DNA of 63,681 nt, counting the filler, from Lama guanicoe (taxonomy: Eukaryota): the NCBI GenBank assembly GCA_013239625.1. It is 138 parts of 138 records of this genome, joined end to end, with 100 filler letters (N's around TTAATTAATTAA, not from the genome) between each part and the next. Parts side by side here need not be neighbours in the genome. Positions count along the whole stretch, not along the records: positions 24,911 to 25,272 come from PNXV01058167.1; positions 25,373 to 25,734 come from PNXV01058168.1; positions 25,835 to 26,192 come from PNXV01058169.1; positions 26,293 to 26,654 come from PNXV01058170.1; positions 26,755 to 27,116 come from PNXV01058171.1; positions 27,217 to 27,578 come from PNXV01058172.1; positions 27,679 to 28,040 come from PNXV01058173.1; positions 28,141 to 28,502 come from PNXV01058174.1; 130 more parts are not named here. One strand, 5' to 3'. This document shows positions 24,925 through 36,820 of this stretch, piece by piece. A program made the translations under genes and the position numbers. The notes beneath the pieces were generated by a model, which was not told the DNA's origin, made no database searches, and worked only from the letters and a program-made list of their open reading frames with translations. Positions within the stretch are counted from its first letter, which is position 1. The number at the start of each line of letters is the position of its first letter.

Positions 24925-25080
24925 TTATATTTCCTTGTCCTTGTGGAGCCTCTGTATTTCTGCCATCATAGCCCTTACCTCTCACCAGAATCCAGAGTTT
25001 TGATCTCTTGGAGAGCAGGGAAGTTCCTTGACCAAGCTGGCACAGAGTAGGTGCTCAATAAAAACCTGAATGAAGGAAGG
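24925..25080 (+). mobile_element. L2 3' end
   Basis: CTCTTGGAGAGCAGGG..CTGGCACAGAGTAGGTGCTCAATAAAAACCTGAATGAA. Confidence 0.7.
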
Positions 25081-25449
25081 CCTTGGTGTGAAAAATGTTC
25101 TCACTGCAATCATTTCCAACAAAATTCATTCTCCATGTTGTCAACAACTTGGCAGCGAGTGGCCTCTGACCAGTAGGAGGCACCGACCGTGCAGGTGACG
25201 TGTTTGCTGCCAGTCACATTGTTGCTCCTTTCTTTATAGGTAATTTGTCTTGCTGGTTGCTTTGAAGATTTTNNNNNNNNNNNNNNNNNNNNNNNNNNNN
25301 NNNNNNNNNNNNNNNNTTAATTAATTAANNNNNNNNNNNNNNNNNNNNNNNNNNNNNNNNNNNNNNNNNNNNCTCCCCTGTATCCTCTGCTGCAGCTCCT
25401 CTCTGAAGCACCCAGGTAACAGGATCTCATGTATGTTTCCTGAGTGTTT

Positions 25450-25722
25450 CAGATGCTTAAAATCAGCACCAAAGGGAAGACATTAACTGCTTGATGATTG
25501 AAAGCATGTGGCCCCCAGACCTCCTGGCACCTAGGGGATCAGAGCATTGACCACCCTGTTCCCTCCACATTAACCAGTCAGAGAATTGTGCACAAGCTGA
25601 CCACATACCTGTGACCTCCCCGCCCTTCACCTGGCCTTTAAATATGCTTTGTTGAAACCCTCTGGGGAGTTCGGGGTTTTCCTTTCTTGGTCCTGCAATA
25701 AACCTTTCTCTGCTCCAAACTT
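25450..25722 (+). mobile_element. ERV1-type LTR fragment (U3/R)
   Basis: AACCAGTCAGAGAATTGTGCACAAGCTGACCAC, TATA-like CCTTTAAATATGC, GGGGAGTTCGGG and poly(A) signal CTGCAATAAACCTTTCTCTGCTCCAAAC. Confidence 0.75.
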
Positions 25723-25845
25723 ATGTTACAGTTTNNNNNNNNNNNNNNNNNNNNNNNNNNNNNNNNNNNNNNNNNNNNTTAATTAATTAANNNNNNNNNN
25801 NNNNNNNNNNNNNNNNNNNNNNNNNNNNNNNNNNGTGATATAATT

Positions 25846-26192
25846 ACTCTGGTTTCTCAGTCTGTTTCCTAGTGCTAGCCTGTTGTTCCTGCAGTTTTCA
25901 TTCTGAAACCGAGTTGGTGCTTGTACTTCCCCATATATATATATTTAGTGGAGGTTTAAAATAAAAGAATCTTTGTGTTCCCTTCAAGGTGGGTGAAGGA
26001 AGGCTTTCACACACACTTTCCTCTCAGAATTGAGCATGTGGTGAGACGTTCGTTCATCTATCACAAAGGGAAACGGTTACAGGAGAAACACTCACTCTGG
26101 TTTCTCATTCTGTTTCCTACTCCCAGTATGATGTTCCTGTAGTTTTCAATGAAATAACGATTTGGGGATTTTACCTCCCCTTATATATATAT
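25846..26192. repeat. Diverged tandem repeat, ~248-bp period (candidate satellite)
   Basis: ACTCTGGTTTCTCA.TCTGTTTCCTA..TGTTCCTG.AGTTTTCA..CCCC.TATATATAT starts at both 25846 and 26094. Confidence 0.8.
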
Positions 26193-26329
26193 NNNNNNNN
26201 NNNNNNNNNNNNNNNNNNNNNNNNNNNNNNNNNNNNTTAATTAATTAANNNNNNNNNNNNNNNNNNNNNNNNNNNNNNNNNNNNNNNNNNNNACTGTTCT
26301 CTGGAGGAGACACAATGGCCAGCCTCCAG

Positions 26330-26654
26330 AGTCAGGCAAATCTGAGTGTGGTCCTGCTTTTCTCCGTGACCTTCTTAAGGTGCTTCCTCAACTATAGGAA
26401 GAGATAGTAACAGTAACCATGTCAAAGGGCTACTGTGAAGATTAAATGGAACTATGTACGTTTAGCACAGTGTCTATCACAGAGTAAGCTCAGTAACATT
26501 CAGCTATTAACACTATCTCTAGGCAAAGTACAAAGTAATAATAAGTACCATTTATTAAATATTTACTATATACCAGTCATTGTGAAGTAAATTATGTCAA
26601 TGACTTCACTGCAGTTACTATCAGAAAAAGAAAGTGAGGTTCAGAAAGATTAAG
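26330..26654. mobile_element. Two MIR fragments in opposite orientation
   Basis: Plus-strand CTGTGAAGATTAAATG..AGCACAGTG, then minus-strand ACCATTTATTAAATATTTACTATATACCAG..GAAAGTGAGGTTCAGAAAGATTAAG. Confidence 0.65.
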
Positions 26655-28639
26655 NNNNNNNNNNNNNNNNNNNNNNNNNNNNNNNNNNNNNNNNNNNNTT
26701 AATTAATTAANNNNNNNNNNNNNNNNNNNNNNNNNNNNNNNNNNNNNNNNNNNNATCCTTGTCTTGTTTCATGTTTTACTGAGAAGGCTTTCAACTTTTC
26801 ACAATTAAGTTTTGGTGGTTTGTATACTTCACGTTTTCACCGACCTTGATGCTTACTAAATAGCATTGCTTTGGGAAAAATTAATTTTCTCTCAAGAGAT
26901 CCGCATCAAATTTATTTCACATGAAATATTTATTAAATGGTTAGAGGGTTGAAGATGATGTTCACCATGCAGAGCAGGAATAAATGCCAAACCACTTGGC
27001 TTATATCAGGAGAAGCCCAGGATTCAGTATGTAAATCAGTGATTCTCATGCTAGCCATGTATCAGAAGCATCTGTGTGACATCCTGAAATTGTTCTGGTC
27101 AGAGGAAAGGCCCAGGNNNNNNNNNNNNNNNNNNNNNNNNNNNNNNNNNNNNNNNNNNNNTTAATTAATTAANNNNNNNNNNNNNNNNNNNNNNNNNNNN
27201 NNNNNNNNNNNNNNNNCCTACAGATTGACAAATTAAAGTAGAATGTGTTCCTGACAGTATTAATGTAAAGTAAGAAAAAAAATGTGTAAAGGTGTTGTAT
27301 AAATGAATTCAAATAATCAGAGATATAATCTTTATATGTTCAGGATTCAGTTATTTGAAATGCTACACCTAGAGAATATTGAATTTTACTTTTGACAGCA
27401 AATGGTCCTGAGCTGATACAAATACATCTGTTAAAGAAACTCCACTTGTTAAATATCTCTCCAATATAATTTAATTTGGCAAATTTCTTGAAATTTCTTA
27501 TGTCTTTAACAAGCTGGCAATGCAAGCTGACACTGTTACTATATCACAACTTTAGATAAAATTCAGATTTAGTTTTATNNNNNNNNNNNNNNNNNNNNNN
27601 NNNNNNNNNNNNNNNNNNNNNNTTAATTAATTAANNNNNNNNNNNNNNNNNNNNNNNNNNNNNNNNNNNNNNNNNNNNTGAGTTCTTTATGGATTGCTCT
27701 GAGGTCTGTCCTCTTCCCAGTCATTTCCTCTTGCCTTTTCTGATCTGCAGACACGTCTCTTGGCCTTCTCTTAGAAGGCTCTCTAGGTAGTAATCTTCTT
27801 CATCCTGGAGATCTAGAGGGAGCATCTGATACGTTTTCCTGATCGTGTCTCTGTAGCGATACACGTAATACTGTTGGGAGATGGTTTAGAAAACATTTAG
27901 TTTTCTTTGATTCATGTCCGCTTCCAAGGAGCTATATTCATCCTCAATTCATTTCCTCCCTCTTCTCAGAAACAAAATTCATTCCTCTTTCATTTTCATT
28001 CAATTGTGTTCCGTTCTTCCCTACTGAATCCAGAGCCAAANNNNNNNNNNNNNNNNNNNNNNNNNNNNNNNNNNNNNNNNNNNNTTAATTAATTAANNNN
28101 NNNNNNNNNNNNNNNNNNNNNNNNNNNNNNNNNNNNNNNNAAAAAAAATACATACTTTAAAGTGATCACATATAGTTTGTCTTCACAACACCATTGTAAT
28201 TTTGAAAAATTGACAGCAGCCAGTCTAAAAATAAGAAATTAGTTTCGTATATTGTGATTTATCCACACATGTAATATTAACATATTATAAAATGATGTTT
28301 CCAAATAATATTTTACAATATAAATAACTTAAAACAATGTATCATGTAAAAAAGAACTTCATAAAATAGTATAAATGTTATACCAATTTTGTAAAACATA
28401 GAAAGTGAATTTCATGAGAGCAGCTACTCTAAGAATCACACATCTTCTTATAAGCTCATTGCTTCAAACAGAGCGGGTTCCTGTCAACATTTCTGAATGA
28501 ATNNNNNNNNNNNNNNNNNNNNNNNNNNNNNNNNNNNNNNNNNNNNTTAATTAATTAANNNNNNNNNNNNNNNNNNNNNNNNNNNNNNNNNNNNNNNNNN
28601 NNGTCTGTTGAGGGAGCCTGAGAAACTCCATTTTTCCTA

Positions 28640-28785
28640 TCATATAAGTTACTTTTTTAGATTCCACATAGAAATTTGATTTATGTAGTATTTGTTGCTC
28701 TGTATCTGGCTTAATTTGCTTAGCATAATGTCCCCCAGGTCATCCATGTTGTCACAAATGGCAGGATTTCCTTCTTGTTTAAGAT
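28640..28785 (-). mobile_element. L1 3' region
   Basis: TTTTTTAGATTCCACATA..CTTAGCATAATGTCC..CATCCATGTTGTCACAAATGGCAGGATTTCCTTC. Confidence 0.85.
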
Positions 28786-30116
28786 TAAACATTAAAAATC
28801 ATCTAAGTTGTCAAAGATGGGACAATATCCAGTGAAAAAGTGCAGATAGTCTTCATTAGGCCACATTATGGTTTCCTACTCTTTATCTTAAACTTGAGAT
28901 CTCCAAACAGTTAACATGATGATATGGGATTCTCAAGAAGCCCTGCTTCTCTTTTTTTTTTTTTNNNNNNNNNNNNNNNNNNNNNNNNNNNNNNNNNNNN
29001 NNNNNNNNTTAATTAATTAANNNNNNNNNNNNNNNNNNNNNNNNNNNNNNNNNNNNNNNNNNNNGGGCGGCCCCCGCTTCACTCCATTACCCACCCTAAT
29101 GCATCGTCTGACAGTTTCAATTTATTTTTCAATTCCTTTACCATCAGAAATGACAATTAAATTTCCAGAATAAATGCCGCTTTACCAAACTAAATTAATC
29201 ACAGGTGAGGCAGGGCAGACAGGCCCCAGCAGCACCATTGGAACATTTTGGATGTTAACCCTTCGCACCTCGCCGAGGCCCCACCGGCAGGGGATGCTCT
29301 GGGGGCCTCCCTGGAAGCCTCGGCTCAGAGCCTCACTAGGGTCACCTGACCCAGACCCCTTTGCCCTCTGGCAGCTGTTCTGCTGTGGGGGCTCTGAGAG
29401 AAGAGTCTTGCCCAAGGTCACCTCCCNNNNNNNNNNNNNNNNNNNNNNNNNNNNNNNNNNNNNNNNNNNNTTAATTAATTAANNNNNNNNNNNNNNNNNN
29501 NNNNNNNNNNNNNNNNNNNNNNNNNNCTGTGAGATAGTGATTTCTGATGCTTAAATCACCCGGTTTGTGGCACTGTGTTATGTCAGTTCACACATGTCGA
29601 TGGGCAGGTACAAATTGTTGTGCAATAAAATATTTCTTATCAAATAGAAAAGGTTTAAAATTACATTTGCTGGGCTAACCTCAATTTCTGTCAACCTCCC
29701 ATACGTATTAGCAAATGCTTATAAAAGGGGTGTCAAGAATTCTAGAGAAAATATTTTCCTATTGAGGAGAAAAACTGGAAGATTCAGTTCAGTGTTATGT
29801 GGAAGTCTGGAGTCTATTTAAGTTTATATAATCTGCTTATATCATTCTATTTCTGAGCAAGTCTCCAGATAAAGACATTTAAAAAAAANNNNNNNNNNNN
29901 NNNNNNNNNNNNNNNNNNNNNNNNNNNNNNNNTTAATTAATTAANNNNNNNNNNNNNNNNNNNNNNNNNNNNNNNNNNNNNNNNNNNNTTGCTTCTGTAA
30001 TTTTCAAGAACCTGACAGTTTAGTCTCATACTGATCCCATGAAGCTAACGAATGAAGAGGGAAGCCTTTTACCCAGATGAGGAAAGAGAAGTGTACAGAT
30101 TCAAGTGACCACAGGC

Positions 30117-30317
30117 CAAGGCTGCCAGATAAAATACAGGATGCAGAGTTAAATTTGAATTGCAGGTAAACAACACAATTTTTTAGTGTAAGTGTGACCC
30201 ATGCAATAATGCTCCAAATATTGCATGGGGATATTTATACTTTAAAATGTATCTGTTTATCTGAAATTCAAATCTGACTGGCATCTTGTATTTTTACTTT
30301 CTAAATCTGGCAACCTA
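30117..30317 (+). mobile_element. MER53 hAT-family MITE, near full length and palindromic
   Basis: Termini GGCTGCCAGATAAAATACAGGA and TCTTGTATTTTTAC..AAATCTGGCAACCTA. Internal inverted arms include CCCATGCAATA / TATTGCATGGG. Confidence 0.88.
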
Positions 30318-30912
30318 CCATGATTGCAAAGTAAGCCAAGAGAAGGTGAANNNNNNNNNNNNNNNNNNNNNNNNNNNNNNNNNNNNNNNNNNNNTTAATT
30401 AATTAANNNNNNNNNNNNNNNNNNNNNNNNNNNNNNNNNNNNNNNNNNNNTCTTTGGGGAGAAAGCTGGAGTGGAGGCAGCTGGGATAGGTGGGGTCGAG
30501 TTCTGAAGGGCTTTGTTTTCTAAGGAGTTGGGACTTGATTTGGCAGGGAAAGTCACTGAAGGATGCCCTTTTTCTGCTGGGTCCTCATAAAATTTTGTGT
30601 TTCCCTTTGTCTCTCTTTAACTTTCTACCTGCTGTTCTTGTCTCTTCTTTCTACTTATTTAGGGGTGCTCAGTGGGTGTGATTTTCATCCAGGCTCCAGG
30701 GGCATTTTGAAATGTGTGTGGGTTTTGTTTTGCTTGTTGTTGTTACATTGACTGGAGATGTTATTGTCCTTCAGTGTGTATGTGGTGGAGGCGGACGTGC
30801 CAAATGACCTGCNNNNNNNNNNNNNNNNNNNNNNNNNNNNNNNNNNNNNNNNNNNNTTAATTAATTAANNNNNNNNNNNNNNNNNNNNNNNNNNNNNNNN
30901 NNNNNNNNNNNN

Positions 30913-31203
30913 CAGACATAGAATACAAACTTGTGGTTGCCAAGGGGGTGGGGGGTGGAAGGGACAGGCTGGGATTTCAGGGTCTGTAGATGCTGATAGG
31001 CATATGCAGAATAGATGGGCAAGGTTATACTGTACAGCACAGGGTGATACATACAGGATCTTGTGGTAGCTCACAACAAAAGGAAAGTGTGACAATGAAT
31101 GTATGTATGTTCATGTATGGCTGAAGGATTATGCTCTACACTGGAATTTGACACAACATTGTGAAGTGACTATAACTCAATAAAAAAAATGTTAAAAAAA
31201 AAA
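30913..31203 (+). mobile_element. Lineage-specific L1 3' UTR with poly(A) tail
   Basis: CAGACATAGAATACAAACTTGTGGTTGCCAAGGGG..TGACACAACATTGT..CTCAATAAAAAAAATGTTAAAAAAAAAA. Confidence 0.88.
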
Positions 31204-32327
31204 GAGAGAGAAAGAAATACCTTCTCTTCCTACATCCTCGGTTCTGCCTTGAGAGTGTGAAAACAGCCATTGNNNNNNNNNNNNNNNNNNNNNNNNNNNN
31301 NNNNNNNNNNNNNNNNTTAATTAATTAANNNNNNNNNNNNNNNNNNNNNNNNNNNNNNNNNNNNNNNNNNNNCATTAAAAGTATTAAAATGGTTAATGTA
31401 GAGTTTCACATTTTTAGTATATGTAGATTAATTGTACTGAAGATTGTGTATATGTAGCTTCTCCATTTCTTCATGAAGTTTTCTGTCTAAATATGAGAAA
31501 AAGAAGACTTCTATATTTCACATTAGTAATCGATATGAGCAACATATTATTTGCTAGAAACAATTACCATACATAGAAATAATTTCCCAGTTTTTTACCT
31601 ACCGAAATATATTGTAACTATTTCCATGTTGTCCATAATTTTAATTATCAGGAATACTTACTTCATTTCCTAATAAAAGTCACATTTATTGTAGAAACAT
31701 TTATGGTTATGCCAAAATTTAGTATGATTTTTTTNNNNNNNNNNNNNNNNNNNNNNNNNNNNNNNNNNNNNNNNNNNNTTAATTAATTAANNNNNNNNNN
31801 NNNNNNNNNNNNNNNNNNNNNNNNNNNNNNNNNNTAATTCATTAACCATGCCACTTGTTATATAAGTTTTCTACACTCAGACCATTTTTGCTGGCTTCTG
31901 GATTTGCCTAGGTTGACAATAATATCACATTGTGAACATTAAAGGAAGAAGCCTTTAGGAAGAGTTAAAACACAGAAGTTGACCTGTGCCATCTAACAAG
32001 AAAGGACTTGCACAATGTGGTGGAAGGTGCCACAGTCCCAGAGAAAAAAATGCCCTCTAAAATCTATAGTTAGGAAGTATATTCATGATAACAGAAAGTA
32101 GCAAGGCTCTCCACCTTGGGAAGGGACAAGGAAATGGCCAGCTCCAGGATACTTCCCCAGGACTCACCTATTCCTCTCTATTATTTTCAGACAACTNNNN
32201 NNNNNNNNNNNNNNNNNNNNNNNNNNNNNNNNNNNNNNNNTTAATTAATTAANNNNNNNNNNNNNNNNNNNNNNNNNNNNNNNNNNNNNNNNNNNNAAAA
32301 CATGGAACTAAGGTGGCAGGCGGGAGA

Positions 32328-32478
32328 GGGGCAAGATATAGCTCAATGGCAGAGTGCAATGTTTAGCGTGCACGAGGTCCTGGGTTCAATCCCTGGTACC
32401 TCCATTAAAAAAATGAAATAAATAAATAAACTGAATTACCTACCCCCTCCAAAAACAAAAAAGATAAAAGAAAAAAAA
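32328..32478 (+). mobile_element. Vic-1-type tRNA-derived SINE with A-rich tail
   Basis: TATAGCTCAATGGCAGAGTGC..GCACGAGGTCCTGGGTTCAATCCCTGGTACCTCCATTAAAA..AAATAAATAAAC..ATTACCTACCCCC. Confidence 0.88.
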
Positions 32479-33220
32479 TGGCATCTGAAAGTTCACTCCT
32501 GACTACTTGAAAAGACTTTACACAAGCCTTGGTGGAGGTACACCACCATTTGAAGATGGCTGATGTAGAGCATTTTAATTTGCCATAAAGAATTTATTTT
32601 CTTCAATTCAGATTAGGTGAACTGTGTGGTCACAATCAGAGGTTAGGTGATTTTTATTNNNNNNNNNNNNNNNNNNNNNNNNNNNNNNNNNNNNNNNNNN
32701 NNTTAATTAATTAANNNNNNNNNNNNNNNNNNNNNNNNNNNNNNNNNNNNNNNNNNNNAAAAAAAACACTTTTTAAAGATGAAATTTAGAATTTTTATAA
32801 TTTTAATGAGAGATGTCTAATACCTATTCATGATTTAATTTTTATCTTTGCTATAACCAGTAACTTGCTTCCTTCTGCATTTACATTTCCTCATAATATG
32901 AGAAGCAAATATTTAATTTAACCAGTTATCAAACCATCAGCATTACATCTAATTGTATTTATGTGTCAATTTCTAAACTAGGCATAAAATTAACATATAT
33001 ACTCAAAAAGCCTAGTAAAATTATTTGCAAGGTGAAAAAAGTGATAATCATGTTTCAGCTAGGCTTCTATTCACAGAGACTTCTATCAGAATCACCATAT
33101 TAAGATCTGAAGTTCAACAANNNNNNNNNNNNNNNNNNNNNNNNNNNNNNNNNNNNNNNNNNNNTTAATTAATTAANNNNNNNNNNNNNNNNNNNNNNNN
33201 NNNNNNNNNNNNNNNNNNNN

Positions 33221-33582
33221 TGGTGAAGGAGCACTGGCTTCACATGACAGTCACCAGCTGCATTGGCCCCAACAAGAGAGTCAGCCTGTCCTGTGAAGCT
33301 TTGACGCCAGGCACTGACTTCTCCTCTCTGGCTATGACAGTCCTAGACGGCATCCTCTTCCAGTAGAAGGCTGCTTCCTCTACATCAAAAAACCTTGTTG
33401 CTCAGCGCGGCACCTCCACGAGGGCTCTGCGCTCCATCTTCCTGAGAACGTGCTGCAGCTCCTGCATCAGCGCCTGCGGCTTCACTTTGCGCTTTCACGT
33501 CGCAGAGACGACTTCTTTCCTTAAACCTCATGGACCAACCTCTGCCGGCCTCCGACTTTTCTTCTGCAGCTTCCTCACCTCT
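33221..33582 (-). mobile_element. Tigger1 (pogo/TcMar) transposase fragment, frameshifted
   Basis: Minus-strand peptides RGEEAAEEKSEAGRGWSMRFKERS and AFYWKRMPSRTVIAREEKSVPGVKASQDRLTLLLG match Tigger1 transposase. Confidence 0.92.
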
Positions 33583-34144
33583 NNNNNNNNNNNNNNNNNN
33601 NNNNNNNNNNNNNNNNNNNNNNNNNNTTAATTAATTAANNNNNNNNNNNNNNNNNNNNNNNNNNNNNNNNNNNNNNNNNNNNTCCGGTGTCCTCTGACGC
33701 AGCCTTATGAACAAGCAACCTGCTGGCTCCAGGCGTAAGACAGAGTAAATACAATACGACCTGTGTTCCTCAGGACATCATAATTTCAATAACTGGAGCA
33801 ATGGGGAAGAGCTTTGGATAAATGTCTCTAATGTAAGGCATTACAGGCTGTTTCAAACCAGAAATAATCACTGAGTTTTATGTAAGTTTCAAGGAGCAAT
33901 TAGTTACTACCAACTAAAGTGGAGGGTTCAGGGAAGGTCTACCGAGGTGACGTGAGTGAGATCTTGAGGGAGCAGAGGACATCAGCTGGTGGAAGTGATG
34001 ACAGTTGCACAAAGCTGGGGCTTTTGCCCCTTACTCTATTGATCNNNNNNNNNNNNNNNNNNNNNNNNNNNNNNNNNNNNNNNNNNNNTTAATTAATTAA
34101 NNNNNNNNNNNNNNNNNNNNNNNNNNNNNNNNNNNNNNNNNNNN

Positions 34145-34506
34145 CAGACCTGAGATAAAACACCATTCACTATTCAGCTGATCTCCAGAAACCTCGACTC
34201 TCACTGGAGGGCCACCGTGAGGTTTGAAGGTCCCAGAACCTATGTCAGTTCACAACCGCGTTCAGTAGTCCCTGAAATTCGGATTATTTCCTTTTCCCCA
34301 ACACACAGTTACCCCGATAAAGGCTATTGGTGCCTTTGAGTAAGACCAGGAGGAAGATCAACAGTATGAATTTTCAGTGATGCACTGGAGTTCTTCCTCA
34401 ATGGGTCAAAGCTTCCCTTTCCTTCATGGGGGTCTGGGTGTATAAGCTGTCTGCAGCCTGGGAATCCATTGATTGAGTGGCTGTGACTCTCTTTTTGTGA
34501 CTTGAG
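34145..34506 (-). mobile_element. ERVL internal fragment (gag end / protease region)
   Basis: Minus strand AGAGTCACAGCCACTCAATCAAT..GGGGTAACTGTG..GGAAATAATCCGAATTTCAGGGACTACTG..CCAGTGAGAGT resembles HERV-L/MERVL gag-pro. Confidence 0.85.
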
Positions 34507-36257
34507 NNNNNNNNNNNNNNNNNNNNNNNNNNNNNNNNNNNNNNNNNNNNTTAATTAATTAANNNNNNNNNNNNNNNNNNNNNNNNNNNNNNNNNNNNNN
34601 NNNNNNTGACAGAGCTAGATTTAGAAGCCAGGTCTGCCTCTGATGCCTGTACTCCGCCAAAGTGACCCACTGCCTTCCTCATTAGAGCTTATTTAATGGT
34701 TCCTGCAGTGCACATCTGTCTGGACTCCAGCCAGGTCTTCAGGAGTTCATGGTCTCAGTGGGGACACAGATAGACACATTGAAATGAACTACACAAATAT
34801 CAGCTGACATCACAGAAGGCTCAAGGTGGGGGCAGGGAGGGCTATAAGGAGCTGGGCCAGTAGAATAAGTGAGTGAGTGGAGGTGGGAGCTACATCTCCA
34901 GAAAACTGAAAACCCCCATCAGCCCCGCTTCCCCAGTGTCTGCCTGGGAATGTGATGACCATGATAACANNNNNNNNNNNNNNNNNNNNNNNNNNNNNNN
35001 NNNNNNNNNNNNNTTAATTAATTAANNNNNNNNNNNNNNNNNNNNNNNNNNNNNNNNNNNNNNNNNNNNTTTTTGTTTTTTATCTCATACCTCTGAAGTT
35101 AACTTTTGTACATTTTATGATGTACATAAAATATGTGGTAGAATTGCAAATGCATATAATTTATAAATAAATATGCCTATATTGAGATACGCGGTCAACT
35201 TATTTTACCAACGGAGAGGCTTGACCAAACAAGCTGCTGAAAGACCACTGATTTCAAAAATGTCAATCAGTAAGGGTGATACGGCTATCTTTAAATAAAA
35301 GTTGTCCTCCCCGTTACTGAAGAAATAGGCCCTGTCGAAAATTTGGAGAATACAGAAAACTAGAAAGGAAAAAACATTTCGCATAACCCCACTATCCAAA
35401 GACAGCCACAGCTAACATACTGATAATTTTTTNNNNNNNNNNNNNNNNNNNNNNNNNNNNNNNNNNNNNNNNNNNNTTAATTAATTAANNNNNNNNNNNN
35501 NNNNNNNNNNNNNNNNNNNNNNNNNNNNNNNNAACTACATGATACCTAAATCCCCGATGAAATTCCCTGGGGAATCTATTACTCTGTAACTACAAGTTCT
35601 TCCTTTTAACCAAACTCTGCCTCCCTCTAACTCATACCTATTGGATACAGCTCTTTTCCATTGTCCATAAAAAAGTCAAATCTTTTGCCAGTGTGACAAA
35701 CTTTCAGACATCTACGGCTGTGGTTATGTCCTACCCTTTCCAGCTTCCAGCATTTTCTCTTCTCCACTAATTCTACAAGGTGTTCGCCTCTCTCTTCTGT
35801 TTATTCTCTTCTCTATGTACCTTTCACTTAGACCCCTCTAAATACAACTTGAAATATTTAATCATCAATCTTACAGAAATGAAGTTTTATTCTTNNNNNN
35901 NNNNNNNNNNNNNNNNNNNNNNNNNNNNNNNNNNNNNNTTAATTAATTAANNNNNNNNNNNNNNNNNNNNNNNNNNNNNNNNNNNNNNNNNNNNCCCCTG
36001 ATTCTATGCTAAGAGCCCTGCCTTGTCTCTGAAACCCCAGTCTTACCTTACAGCCACTCACCTATGCCCACATGGATGAGTAGGGATTTATGGTGGGGGT
36101 GGGGAGGAAGGGGAGCAATTTGCAATCTCTTCTCATAAGGGAAGAAGAGGCACAGATAATCCTAAAAGGAGGGGTAACATCTGTCTGGGAAAGCAGAAGT
36201 GCTAATGCTAAGAATGTGAGAGAGGATTAGAGGAGAAATTGGCCTGCAGAGTATAAC

Positions 36258-36357
36258 TTTTTTTTGGTATAAAGATAATTTCTTAAAGAGCAGTTTTAGA
36301 TTCACAGCAAAACTGAGAGGAAGGTACAGAGATTTGCCACACAATTTCTGCCCCCCC
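36258..36357 (-). mobile_element. L1MC-type 3' terminus
   Basis: AGAGCAGTTTTAGATTCACAGCAAAACTGAGAGGAAGGTACAGAGATTT. Confidence 0.8.
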
Positions 36358-36684
36358 NNNNNNNNNNNNNNNNNNNNNNNNNNNNNNNNNNNNNNNNNNN
36401 NTTAATTAATTAANNNNNNNNNNNNNNNNNNNNNNNNNNNNNNNNNNNNNNNNNNNNTTTGTTTATCATTAACTCTTTGTACCTTATAGAGATCTTTTAC
36501 GCAACAATATTTCCCATGACAAAGATACATTTATTTGAAATATGGTGATTCCTCCAGTTTTGTTTTAGTTTTTTTCTTCTATGAAGTTCAAGTAAAATTA
36601 CAATGATCATTTTTGGTTTAAAAAAGAAACTTGTATACAAATGTTCACACCAGAATTAATCCTAATAGACAAAAAGGCTACAAA

Positions 36685-36820
36685 TCTGTGGGGCCACCAG
36701 ACCCGCCCCCGAGGTCCCGAAAGCCAATCCGCGCGCACGCTTCCCGGCCCCGCCCCGGCGTCCTCCTCCGCCCCGCCCCTCCCTCCGTCCACCAGAAGGT
36801 CAGTTTGTCAGGCAGGCAGG
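36685..36820. promoter_or_regulatory. Edge of a CpG-island promoter with CCAAT and GC boxes
   Basis: Abrupt AT-to-GC transition. AGCCAATC (CCAAT at 36724-36728), CCCCGCCCC at 36748-36756 and CCGCCCCGCCCC at 36768-36779. Confidence 0.7.

Noticed and set aside
27340..27578. Faint resemblance to hAT transposase peptides
   Set aside because: Too weak to support without a profile search.
32328..32405. tRNA gene
   Set aside because: It has A and B boxes but a degenerate cloverleaf and a SINE-type A-rich tail, so it is a tRNA-derived SINE.
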